Shown piece by piece: positions 14,183 through 29,250 of a stretch of DNA of 64,000 bases. The number at the start of each line of letters is the position of its first letter. The first letter of the stretch is position 1. Made by a program: the position numbers and the translations under genes. The stretch lies in NCBI RefSeq assembly GCF_009914755.1, contig NC_060937.1, one strand, 5' to 3'. The DNA is from the human T2T-CHM13v2.0 reference genome, Homo sapiens. The notes under the pieces are model-generated. The model did no database searches and had not been told where the DNA came from. It worked only from the letters and a program-made list of their open reading frames with translations.

Positions 14183-14245
14183 CTCGGCTTTGGATCTTTC
14201 TTAGGAATTATTGGCATCAACTTGGTGGAGAATAGAAGGCAAATG
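14183..14245 (+). CDS. TMEM255B: TMEM255B exon 3 (LGFGSFLGIIGINLVENRRQM; TM2)
   Basis: Acceptor ttcttcctttggttttAG; donor ATG|GTAAGA; 63 nt, phase 0-0. Confidence 0.95.
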
Positions 14246-15131
14246 GTAAGAAAGTACATGGGGTGGTGGGGAGCATGAGTCCCTCATCAGGGGATGGTAC
14301 AGCTGCACTGGGGCTCTGAGAAGAGTCAGCCCTGCCTCCCCAGCACACTGGTGTCTACAGGACCAGCTCTGAGGTTCCCGGGCTGTGGCCTGCACAGTCC
14401 TGGATACAGGGTTCAGCGAGTACCATTCACACCTTAGTCTAAGCGAGCATGGCCCTGGGTTGCTGGTGTATCAACCTCACGTGGTGTGCAACCACCAATG
14501 CTGAGGCCTGGGAAGCTCAGAGAATGCATGAAGTTTGGGACGGGGGTGGCAAATTAAATTAAGTCCTAGTGTGTAAAGTTCAGGCAAAAACATGTGCATA
14601 AGCCTCTCTTCCTTTTGAACCAGTGGCTCTAGAGTCTTGTTTTTCGTCTGAGTTTGGTTAATGTTTATCTTGCCCAGACTAAGAGGAGAGGTAAAGACAT
14701 AAAACCAGGAGGGAGCCCCCGGTTCACATGGCAGCAATGCAGAGTGAAATCCAGACACTGCCTGTCCATGATGTTCGTGGCAACAGCGATCAGGTTCAGC
14801 TGGAAGTCTGTTTTGTTGATGCACTGTTTTGGGGACTATAACTTTAAAAACAAAAACTGGCTAATTTTGTCAGTTCACGGTGGCAGCCAGGATTGAATTT
14901 TAAGAGCAGGGTTTAGAGGGGAGGTGGTTGGGCCATTTCTGCCTCATCTCCCAGTTGTTGCTTCAGAGCAGGCTGGAGTTCTCAGCTCTTCCCTGCACCG
15001 GCTGTCATGTTACTGTATCATCCAGCGTGCAAATGACCTGTGTCGGGCCCCCAACCCCTGCCTGTTCCCAGTTCCCAGGCCGAGAGGGAGGGTGAGATGG
15101 CTGGGCCGCGGTGTATGCCCTCGGAACCCTG

Positions 15132-15488
15132 TATGTTAGTCTGTTTTCACACTGCTGATAAAGACGTACCCAAGACTGGGCAGTTTACAAAAGAAAGAGG
15201 TTTAATTGAACTCACAGTTCCACGTGGCTGGGGAAGCCTCACGATCACGGCGGAAGGTAAGGAGGAGCAAGTCCTGTCTTACGTGGATGGCAGCAGGCAA
15301 AGACAGAGCCTGTGTAGGGAAACTCCCCCTTGTAATAACCATCAGATCTTGTGAGACTTACTCACTATCATGAGAACAGCACAGGAAAGATCTGCCCCCC
15401 ATGATTCAACTGCCTTCCACCAGGTCCCTCCCACAACACATGAGGATCCAAGATGAGATTTGGGTGAGGACACAGCCAAACCATATCA
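15132..15488 (-). mobile_element. THE1 (ERVL-MaLR) solo LTR
   Basis: ttagtctgttttcacactgctgataaagac...gagatttgggtgaggacacagccaaaccatatca is the reverse complement of the THE1 consensus; near-TSD CCCTG / CCCCG. Confidence 0.92.
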
Positions 15489-16054
15489 CCCCGCATGGGA
15501 CCCAGCAAACTCCCACTGCTGCCCAGGAGACTGACCCTTGGGCAGATGGAGCCTGACCGTGTGAGGGTGGGAGGTCCCTGGAGGGTTGGGGGTGGCTGCA
15601 AAGACACTGGGATTCTGGTGGAGCAAAGCGTTCTGTTCTGCATAGTAGAGACAGTGTGCACTGCAGGGTGAGCTGCCGTTCTTGGCTAGCAGTTGCAAAG
15701 AGACGGAGAGATAGGCCCGGCATTTCCTCTCCCACCCACCCCCTGTTGTTGGCTCCCGAGGGTGGGCGTCACAGCTGACCAGGGTGGGCAAAGGCCTCAC
15801 ACACACCAGTCACAGAATGGTGTTGGAAACAGACGCCACCTTTGGGAGCCAGCATGCCCCCATGATGGTCTCTAGACAGCATCTCTTCAGAGTCTGGAGC
15901 TGCTTGGTGCCTGCAGGGAGTTGGGTGGGCCTGAGGAGGGAAGGCCTCCTGAAGACTTTTCCATAAGATTTCCCCAAAGAGGCAGAAGCTGGGTGTGAAG
16001 CTGGGCTTTGGCGATGCACAGGATGGGTGGACAGTGTGGGTCTGTTTTTCTTTC

Positions 16055-18490
<2,436 letters not shown>

Positions 18491-19555
18491 GGGGACCATT
18501 TCTATGGCTTCGGTAAAAACACATGGGTACTGGAATGACAGGATAAAGACCCAAGAGTGACGGCCACTGCCAGAGCCGTGTGGTGTTCACCTGTCCACGG
18601 GCTTCCCTCACTGGGGTGAGGAAGGCACCCGGATGCCCCAGACCAGAACCTCTGAGGGGTTGTCTGTGATGCCTGTGCAAGCTCATTTCTGCCTTTTCAG
18701 GAGAGGCATTCTTCTGGGCTGATGTTGTATGGTGAACCCATATTTCACAATCTCACATTAATTTAATACTTGTGGTAGCTGGAACCTGGCTGTCCGTGAG
18801 TGCTGCGTGATCGTAGGAAACTTACTGAAGCATTTCAGCCTCAGTTTCTTCATTTGCATGGTGGCTGGGAACATTTGAGCCAATGCACATGAGAATGTCT
18901 TGTTCATGACAGGTTTCGAGAAAGCGGTGGTCATTGTTATACACTGGTTTTAAGTGCATAGATGTCAGAACATTCAAGTTATTTCAAAAGGCAGCAAGGC
19001 AGGCTGTCAATGTCAGCTACAGAGAGAACGAGTGTATTTCCAGTGCTTCCAGATACACGTGAACACTTTTTTCTCAATTTATTTTTATTTTAAATTTTTA
19101 CCATAGAAAACTTTAAGCACATACAAGGGTGAAGAAAATCGCAATGAACCCTCCTTGCCCCCCACCCAACTCCATCACTTGTCCTGTTCACCCCCCGCCT
19201 GCTTCTTCTCTTCCTATGTTGTTTAGAAGCAAATGCCAGACGTGGCATCATTTCATTTATAAAGATTTCACTCTGTTCACTTAAGGGATGAAATCTGATC
19301 ATTAGGAATGGCTTCGCCATTATCCCTACCCATTATCATGTTAGTCTCCGGTGACATCTGAAGAATGCCCCAAATCACATCAGCTTTAGGTATTTTTCCA
19401 CTGCTGAATGAGTTACTGTTTCCTCCTCACCCAAACAGACATATGAATCATTTATTTCAGGAAGAGCTCTGTAACCTGGCACAGTCCCATAGGTCCCACA
19501 GGGATGGGAAAGGGAAGGGCATAAAACAGTGTTAACTGGCAATTCTCCTGTGCCC

Positions 19556-20301
19556 CACGTATGTGCACATGCACAGACACACACGACACACTCCACACAG
19601 TACAAAACACATGCATGCCACACACCACACACACACAACACACATGACACACCACACAACACACAAATGACACACACCACACAATACACACCACATATAC
19701 CACACAATACACACCACATATACCACACACCACACACACTATACACAACACACACCACACATATGACACACACACCACACATGACACACACACCACACAA
19801 TACACACCACATACACTACACACATGACACCACACACACTACACACACCACACACCACACACAACACACAATACACAATACACGCTCCACACAATACACT
19901 ACACACACCACCTACAACACACACGACACACACAACACACAATGCACACCACATACACCACACAACGCACACCACACACAAGACACAATATACAACACAC
20001 ACTCCACACAATACACTACTCACACCACACACACTGCACACAACACACGACACACACCACACAATGCACATCACACACACCACACACCACACACTCCACA
20101 CAATACACAACACACACCACACACTCCACACACACCACATACACCACACACAGCACACAACACACACTCCACACAATACACTACACACACCACATATATG
20201 ACACACACACTACACAATGCACACCACATACACTACACAAACCACACACCACACATACTACAACACCACACACACCACACATACTATACACACCACACAC
20301 A
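19556..20301. repeat. CA-rich low-complexity tandem repeat
   Basis: About 745 bp of degenerate CACAC/CACAA units. Confidence 0.95.
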
Positions 20302-23300
20302 GAAGTCTTTGGTCTGGACTGAGCCCGTTTTCTCCATTCCTCTAAGTGCTGGAGGGTGAGGTCTCGGCCGCCTTCCTTGCGCCCTGCTTAGCTTCTGCTC
20401 AGGGCCTCGCTGTCGTGGGAGCCCCATCAGCCTTCCTGGGGCGTCGGGCCCCGCACCTTCTCCTGTGGAAGCTGTGAGGGTCTCCGCCCCTTTGGGTGGG
20501 GCTGGTGGAGAGTGGTTTCTGGGATCCCTGGATGGCAGTGTTGGGCGGCTCTGCGGGTCACCGGTGAGGACACTGTGAGCTGCCCAGGGCAAGAGCCCGT
20601 GCCAAGGCCCCACGGCCCCGAGTAGGTCCCACAAGGGCCGGGTGTTCTGGAGGACAGGCGTTGAGTGGGCCCCATCCACTTGCCATCCAACCCTGGATCC
20701 CACGACCTCACCCACAGCGGGGGAATAACTGAGGGAGTGGAGCACAGGCGGAGCATGGGCACAGGCGGCCACACTCGCTGGGCACCCAGCTCGGGGTTGG
20801 TCCTGCCGGGCCCACAGCCTCACCACCGAGGCCTCTTTCCCTGAAGCTCCTGTGGCCCTGATGAGGCCCCAGCTCTCCGTGCCTGTCAGGCACTGGGGGG
20901 TGTTTCTCAGGCCGGTGGCCCCGCATCCCCGCCCAGGGACCATGGGACCCCTGCGGCCCCACAGGTGGCTTGAGTCAGACTTTTCCAGGTGCACGTGGCC
21001 TGTGGCATCGGCAGGTCTCTGTGTGCAGCCATGTGCGGCCTGTGAGCTGAAGCTGAGTCTTCCGGGCCGCCCCTCCTGGACCGTGGTGGGACCTGCCCAG
21101 GACACCAGTCCACACCTCCTCCATGCAAACGCCTCAGGCCACACCTGCAGGGGATGGGGTGAAGTTCAAAGAGGACCCTGTCCCGTCCCCCACTCTCTGC
21201 TCAAAGACGCTGCCACCTGAACCCTCCAGACTTGGGTTAATTTTGGGAGAAGGGTGGGCACTGGCACAAGGGTGGGTGAGTGGAGCGACTTGGGGGCCGC
21301 CCGCCCTGCCTTCTTTTCTGGCTGCCTGGGCATCTGCCACGGAAACTAGGTCTAGTTACAGGAAAATCAACCAAGTCCCAGGTTTTAGGCCCCTGAGCTT
21401 GGAGGCCTGTGGGATCGTGCACCTGCCACTCAGGGGCTGACTCGGCGGCTCTGGTTTCTTAAACGCACCTCTCTTCTGCGGGCGGCACCTGCTTCCTGTC
21501 GTCCTCCCGACAGCCACGTCCAGCCCAGACAGGCTGGAGCCGGATCCCCACCTGCTGCTGTCCGAGCTGTGAGCTGTGCACGTGACCCCACCTCAGAGCT
21601 GCTGGCTCCGTCCCACGGCCACAGTGGGGGCCTAGCAGGCCCTCGCCTCAGGACGCCTGTTTTTTTCTGCTGTCTGAGCAGCCTTGCCTCCCTGGGCACG
21701 CCTGGTTAGCAGGGGCTGGGGTGCAGCCTCCCGGACACGTGGGGCCGAGTGTGACACTCAGAGGGGTCGCTGACCTGGAGCTTCCCGACACAGTGGGCGC
21801 AGGCGACCTGTTCCTACCTTGGTTTTCCCTTGGTTGTCTCCCATCCTGATGCGTGAGCTGGTGGTGCTGACGCCCTGGTGAGCAGGAAAAGCTCCTCCTC
21901 GTTCTGCAGCAGAGCTACACCCCATGCTGAGCATCCCTGACGCCCACCCATGGGTCCCAGGAGCCAACGCCTATGGATGCATTGGTTACGAGGTAGAGCT
22001 TCGCCTAGGGTCACAGGTGCTTGGGCTGTCTGCTTGTAAAGTGCCCTGTCTGAAACCAACACCTGGAATTTCTATTTTTGCTGCCACAGAAGCTGCATCC
22101 ACATCTGCTTGTTTGGAAAATCCAACTCATTTTCTGGCTGTGTCCAAATATCTGCATATTTTTGGACAGGGCCCTGGAATTTCTCATGGAAAGCCACAGC
22201 CAGATCTGTTTCTGTGGCCACTCCGCAGGGAGTTACATGTCACCGGAGCCTCGGCATCTGTTAGAAGATGTGGTGCACTTTGGGGATCTCTGTCTCCCTC
22301 TAGCTCTGTCTCCCTCTCCTCTATCTCTCTGTCTCTGTCTCCCTCTCTATCTCTCTGCCTCTCTTTACACCCAGCACACCTGGATTTGAACCCAGACCCA
22401 GCCTCTTGCCAGCTATGTGACCTGGGCGGGGCCAACAGTGCCTGTCAAGCCTGGTGGAGTGCCTGCCCGTTCCCAGTACAGGGCTGGACAGTGGCGGAGG
22501 CTGCCAGCTCTACCCGCTGACTGTGCACCCCAGACTGCTGTGGGGCCGAGGGGAGGCGCGGTGGCCCCGGCTGTGTCTCTGGGGGCAGCTCCCCCAGCGC
22601 TGTGCTGACTCTAGACTCAGCCCAGAAGGCAGGGACTGCGGTGTGTGGGATGCACGTGCTTCAGCACCTAGAACAGCTCCCGCCCGGGTCCACCAGGCTT
22701 TGCTCAAAGGAGGATGGTCTTGGGAAGGGAATCCCCAGGGTCCCCGCACCAGGTCCCTTGTCCTAAGGAGGGGGATGAGCCGTCTCCCTAGGTCATGGGG
22801 GGAGCGAGGGCGGCGCTTCCTGCCACTGCCTTTGCCCTGTGCAGCCTGGGCGGCCTCAGACAGAGCCTTCCTGGGTGGGTGCTGCAGCTCTGCCTCCCCC
22901 TGAGTGCCTCCTCCTTGGCTGACCCTGTCATTCACCACCTGAAGCCATTGCTAACAATAACCAATCCAGGTGGTGCTGGGCAGTGCTGCGTGGTCTCTGG
23001 GGGTTTCCTGGACGACTGTGGACCGGTCAGGGCTGGCCAGGGTCACAGAGAGGAGCCCACAGCTGCCTGTGCCAGGGTGGAGGGCCTGAGGGGGTGGACA
23101 GCACAAGACTAGTCCTGAGCTTGTCAGGAGACGTGGATGGGATGCATTCCTGTAGAGGAAGGCTCGGAACAAGCTGCCCTCCAGCAGGATCGGTGCAGGA
23201 CAGGCGTGTTCCTGTCTGGCAGAACCCTGCAGTATAAAAAGCCGGCCGAACAGGAATCACGTGATTTTGGACAGGGGTGGAGATGTGAGGGAGGGAAAGG

Positions 23301-23388
23301 GGATCTTTAGCTTCAATATGTCATCTCCCAGCAAGATGAGAGTCTGAACCTGTGGTGTAGCTGGGTCTGCGACAAGCAATGGTATCAG

Positions 23389-23811
23389 CTGCTGTAACGA
23401 TGTGATGATGATCACCTGTGGTGCCATGGCGTCTTCTCCCGGGTGAGTCCCGATTTCACCTGCTGTAATGATATGACGATGATCACCTGTGGTACTGTGG
23501 CATCTTCTCCCGGGTGAGTCCCGATTTCATCTGCTGTAATGATATGACGATGATCACCTGTGGTACTGTGGCGTCTTCTCCCGGGTGAGTCTCGATTTCA
23601 CCTGCTGTAATGATATGACGATGATCACCTGTGGTACTGTGGCGTCTTCTCCCGGGTGAGTCTCGATTTCACCTGCTGTAATGATATGACGATGATCACC
23701 TGTGGTACTGTGGCGTCTTCTCCTGGGTGAGTCTCGATTTCACCTGCTGTAATGATATGACGATGATCACCTGTGGTACTGTGGCATCTTCTGGGTGAGT
23801 CCGGATTTCAC
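23389..23811. repeat. Minisatellite, 71-bp unit, 6 copies
   Basis: tgctgtaa recurs at 23390, 23461, 23532, 23603, 23674, 23745. Confidence 0.96.
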
Positions 23812-24439
23812 TCAACTGCCTCACTAACCTGACATTAGGTTTTTGTTGATCTTTTTCTAGCCTGGGCAGGGCCTCCACTGACCCATAGAGAAACTGACCC
23901 GTAGAGAAACACCCAGAAATGCTCACTCCTGGCCACTGGCTGTAAGAGTTGAAGAAAGAAGAAACATGAAAAGCAGCTCAATAGTCAAAAACAGGTTTAT
24001 GTTGGAGAATAAACCCTAGAGGGGCTTCGGGCCGATTTAGGTCTGGAGTGTTCTCTCTTACAGACTAAAGGTATTTAAGGATTTAGGAAGGGGAGCTTGT
24101 CGCAGGTTCAGAGTGTTTTTGGGTGGAGGGAGTTTTATGGCAGGGTTGGAAGGTTTCAGGTCAGAGGGGAGTTTATCTTGGGGTCGGCATGTTTCTGGTC
24201 AAAGGTGTCATTTGTGGTTTATGGTCACGCTGATATTAGACATTAGGTTGATGTTTTGCGGCTGGATTTTGGGGGTTTTTAATCAAGGGGAACTTAAAAT
24301 GGTGGTGTTTGTCCAAGATGGCGATGTTCTTGCTCTGTCAATCCAGACCCTGTAGTTGAAAAGGACGAGGGGTGATGTGTTCTTTCTGGCTACTTCCTGC
24401 TGAGAGAGAGTGGTCCTTACGGGGCACTGAATGCAGCAC

Positions 24440-24714
24440 TGGACTTTTGGGGGCTTAGAGGCAGCATCTGCTGATACATCTAGGAGTGGAAGAGGTGGAT
24501 TTGTTCCCGGAAGCACTCTCTGTTTTGGGGGCGTAGAGGGAGCGTCTGCTGATACATCTAGGGGTGGAAGAGGTGGATTTGTTCCCGGAAGTGCTCTCTG
24601 TTTTGGGGCCATAGAGGGAGCATCTGCTGATACATCTAGGAGTGGAAGAGGTGGGTTTGTTCCTGGAAGCGCTCTCTGTTTGGGGGCGTAGAGGGAGCGT
24701 CTGCTGATACATCT
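24440..24714. repeat. 78-bp tandem repeat inside the ERV, ~3.5 copies
   Basis: tctgctgatacatc recurs at 24467, 24545, 24623, 24700. Confidence 0.9.
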
Positions 24715-27699
24715 CGTCTTCAGCTTATGGGGCTTTAAGAAAGCACAGCTTAGGTTTCAGTGATTTCCAGTTAGAAAAGTGGGGAAAAAGGAAAAATTGA
24801 AAACATTATTTTGGAGACTCGTAGCCAGAAAAATTAGAATTTAATCTAAACTGTAGAAAATAATAACAATTGAAAAACATCAGACAAGACTGGAATTTTA
24901 ACAACAGGTGTGCTATAGTTTTTGAAACAATTTTCTCTCTCCAGTTTTCCATTTTTATTAAAAGACACATGGTAGGACTGGTTTACTTTATTATACTTGG
25001 CTTAATTATTTGTATACAGTGCAGCAAGAATAATTATTTTTCACATAGGCCTTTTAAATTGTCTTTGATGGAACTTTGTTTTATAGAAGGAATCTGAGAT
25101 AAGACTTTTTAAAGCTGAGCCCAGCCATGGAATTGTACCATTAAATACCTATGAGTTGGGTGAATTCCTCTCCTGTTGAGGTTCCTGGCCTGTCAGAAAG
25201 TGACATTCTTTACTAACCCCAGATCAGAACCCCTGTGCAGGGACTGTGTACACAGAATAGGAGGCCAGTTTCCAAGGCCTTTCTTGGCTTCATAAGTCAA
25301 GTTTGATTCCTTAAAGGAAAGCACATCATTCCAACCAAAGTCTTGGTAAAATAACCAGTTTCTCCAATTGTGTCCTGTTACAAAAGAAAACAGATTCTTA
25401 TTGCACTTATGCAAATCACTATATTGCCATAACTTAAGAATAGTCACAAATACTTTCCAAATTCTGGAGAAAATCAGGTAGAGAGGAACAAATAAGCTCC
25501 AAATTTTGCTCATGGGAGTATACTAAATTGTTAAAAGCTGTCAATAGCTCGCAAGACGTTTCCTTGACTCTGAAAAGCAAAACAAAGGATTAGCAACATT
25601 TTAAACAAAATGTCAAAATGATCACTCCAGTCTCCTATTGGTTCAGTTCATGTAGTTAATTCCTGTCCTGCCTGATATTAATGAACATTTTAGCTCTTCA
25701 AGAGTCCTGAACATTTTTCCTCTATTCTGATGTCACAGTCTTCAAAGTTATCAGAAACCTGTATTGAAGAGCACCTGGTAAAACTTTATAGCTGATTATG
25801 AAACCACCTTCTAAACAGGACCAAAACAAGACAACAATTGCCTATGGATGACAAAATGTTTTAGGGTAGCCATAGTTAAAGACACAATTGACAAGGAAAT
25901 CTGTTACCTTGTGGCACACAATAATTTTAACATAACAATGATAATTATTACTGATAATGTACACTAAAATATATCAGAATTATAGAAGTCTCCCATAACT
26001 TTGGAACACATACCAATAACATATTTATACAAACACAGCCCAAAGAAAGCCAAACACCATTGCATATTTGGCAATGCTTCCTGTATAATTTTTATACCAA
26101 ATAAGCCGAATTTCACCTTTACATTAGTGTACTATTAATGTTAAACCCAATTCTTAATAAAACTTTATAGACATATTTACCCAATTTTAATGTTTGATCA
26201 TAAGGTAAGATTTTTATAGACCTTTTATAACTCTTTACAATTTTTGTTAAAGAGCAGGCTAGTGCTCTAAGAGAAACCCATTGTGCTTTTATTTTAATGC
26301 TTAATTTGCAGAAAAACTGGAGGATACCCCTTTAACTTTAGCCAATATGTTTACAAATAGAATTTCCTTTACAATCAACCATTCACAACTTGCTTAAACC
26401 TTCATTTTTATTTTATCCAACTTAAAACAACCCTTTAACCTTTTAATCTAGGCAAAAATTCACATTCCCGTGCCTCCTTATAATCTTTTTACCAAAAGTA
26501 TATTTTGCTTTCCTTACACACCTTGCATGTAAACTGTTTCTTCAATAGTCTTAAATACATGTAACACTGTTAACTCTTAGCAACCTTCACTTTTGGTGAA
26601 GACCTTGGTACGTTTGGGATTTTAAATGATGTACTAGGTGTGAAGCCTGGGACTTAGACAGAAGTGCACACAAGGTCTGATTCATTCCAGCATCAAACTC
26701 CGTGTGTCCCAGGCCTTACCTAGATATAAAGCAGGCAAGTTGTACAGCTAAGAGTCATAGTGGCATTTTATAAAGCATTTAGGAGGCCTAATCACCTTTA
26801 AATTCTACATCATTTCTTGCATAAATTCCCTTGTATAAATTCTTTTATGACTACGCAGACAAGCTACCACATGCCTTGACTTTCTGACTTGTCCTAAACA
26901 TCCCTGTCTTCAAACAACCAGTTATTTTACTTCAGGACAAAAATTTATCATACAAGATCCTTTCTTATATAAATATTCTTTTCTTTAATACCTTTTTGCA
27001 TAGCTAGGGGGCATGGCTAATTTCTTATATCCCCAGGCCTTATCTAGAATTTAACACTCCAAAATAAATTGAACAATTTTTAAGTCAAAGAACCAGTTTA
27101 TGATCTAAAAGCATTTAATAAACCTAATATTTGACCTGCATAATTTAGACCAACTGTTTACATTTTTGAAGATATTTTTATTTTAGCAACAGTCTTTACA
27201 ACTTTTTAGTTTTGTAACTTTCTTTATATCTCTCTTATTTCCTGGTTTCTTTTACCTTGTTTTATATAAAACCTTTAAATAAGCTTTGAATTAGACACAA
27301 ATTATTTAACCTTTAAAAAGGATACAAGTTTTAGAAAGAATGCTTTCCTACAATATATTTTTATTGGAAAAACCTAAATAATGAAATAGCTGTAGTTTAA
27401 TTTAATATAACTTTAGATTCCAAATGATGACAAGTTTGTTTACAAATATTTGTCCCATTACATTTATCTAATTATTTTAATCACTTGCCTAGATCATTTA
27501 TGAAAACTGTGGTAATCATTTAAAGTTATGAAACTGCCATTGCACAATTATGACTGAGACAGTGAAAACGGTCTGAACTGACTCCATCTTGCTTCTGGCC
27601 TACCGGATACCGTCCCAGTTACCCTGGGTTCCGTGGACTCACTGGACATGGGGGCGCAGGATCCGGGCACCCTCAGTCCTCCGTTGTCAGCGCCGGCAG

Positions 27700-29250
27700 T
27701 GATGAGATTTCCTCCTGTGATGGTCGGAGGGGGGGGCTTCATTATGAGCCCCACCTGAACGGGGAAGGTGTCCCTGTTGGGAGCCGTCCATTTTCCAGTG
27801 TCCCCAGAGACCACAGGTTGGGCACAGTTTGGTGGGGGCAGGGGTTTAGGACAAGCCTTTGCCCAGTGTCCAGCGTTGCCACATCAGAAACAGACTCCCA
27901 GAGGTGGGGGACTTTTCTTTCGGGTTATCAGGAGGCTTTTTGTGGAGCTGACTTTTGGACAGCAGAGGTGAGCATCTGGTATTTATATGGAGATGTTTGT
28001 CTTTTTGAATTCTTTGTTCCTCGTTTGTGTTGTTAAAGACATGAAAGGCTGCATTTAGGAGGTCCCACTGAGATGTCTGGGGACCCTCCTCTAATTTTTA
28101 TAATTTTTTCTGGATATCTTGGTGGATTGGGAAACAAATTGGAGGGGGAGAAAAGTTTGACCTTCTCTAGATTCTGGGTCCAAATTGGTATATTTTAGCA
28201 TTGCTTCAGTGAGGTGTGGTAAGAAAAGGGCAGGATTTTCCTGGGGCTCTTATGTAATTTCTCTGAGTTTTTCATAATTAACTGCCTTATGGGCATTTTT
28301 GTCCATGCCTGCGAGGGGACAGGTGATCACGTGGTTTCTTTGCCTGAAGCCAGTGTCTCCCTGTTGGTAAGTCCAATCTGGATCTCTACGGGGCCTGCAT
28401 CGTTAGCCACTGGGTTTTATATCAGGGTTTGATTATGGAGTTTATCTGCGTCGGCCTCAGCTGAATGCCATATGCTCCTTTTCATCAGGAGTGAGGGTGG
28501 AGTTAGAATTATGTCAATGTCATGCCAAGTTAAAGTAAAGGATTGGGCTATGTGCAGGAATTCCCTGTGATAATGAGAGGGATTTTCAGAGAAAGATTCC
28601 AGGTGCTGTTGGATCTGTGACAAGTCAGACGTGGAGAAAATCAGACGTGGAGAAAGGGCCATGAACGCAAGCAGTGCCTTCAACCCCAGCTACTTCCTGG
28701 AGAGGGAGAATGGCAGAGGTGGCTTGACTGGCTGGGGTAGTTTCTGAATGGGTGACTGGTGGAGAAGGAGGATGGGTGAGGTTTGGGGCTAAAGGCTTGG
28801 GGGTAGGAGGGGCCAACAGGGTGGAGGGTTTGGTCGGGTGAGGAGCAGATGCAGAGGGTTGAGAGTACAGAGGGGGTTCATCTGCAGGGTCAGAAGGGGT
28901 TTCGGAGGAAGGGATTTCGGAGGAAGGGAAGACCTGGGGAGGGTTTTCTTTAAGAAGAAGGATTTCATGAGGGGTGCAAGCATGACATAGGCAGGCCTGA
29001 ATATAGGGAACCTCTTGTCATTTGCTGCTCCTGGTTATAAAGTTGTCAAGGTCCCTGAGAATTTGAAAGTCAAAGATGCTGTTTTTGGGCCATTGGCTGT
29101 CGTTATCTAGTTTGAATTGGGCCAGGCCGTGTTACCATAAAAAACTAAACGCTTTGGCTTTAGGCTCCCCTGTAAGCCAAGTTTGGTGAGGTTGTGAAGG
29201 AGACAGCCGAGCGGGGAGGGCGTAGGGATGTGGGATTGTTGGGCACCCAT
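27700..29250 (-). pseudogene. gag: Decayed retroviral gag
   Basis: Start ATG GGT GCC CAA CAA TCC (MGAQQS) at 29250; capsid-like LSQIQQHLESFSENPSHYHREF...LTWHD; MHR-like EIT*EPQENPALFLPHLTEA at about 28200-28265; zinc knuckles CF*CGNAGHWAKAC (27892-27851) and CPTCGLWGHWKMDG (27824-27783); stops and frameshifts present. Confidence 0.85.

Noticed and set aside
23232-23263. TATAAAA plus a CACGTG E-box in intron 3
   Set aside because: Isolated short motifs expected by chance; no other promoter evidence
24185-24194. p53 response element, which is known in some MER61 LTRs
   Set aside because: Only one imperfect half-site (CGGCATGTTT) in one LTR; the other LTR lacks the CATG core
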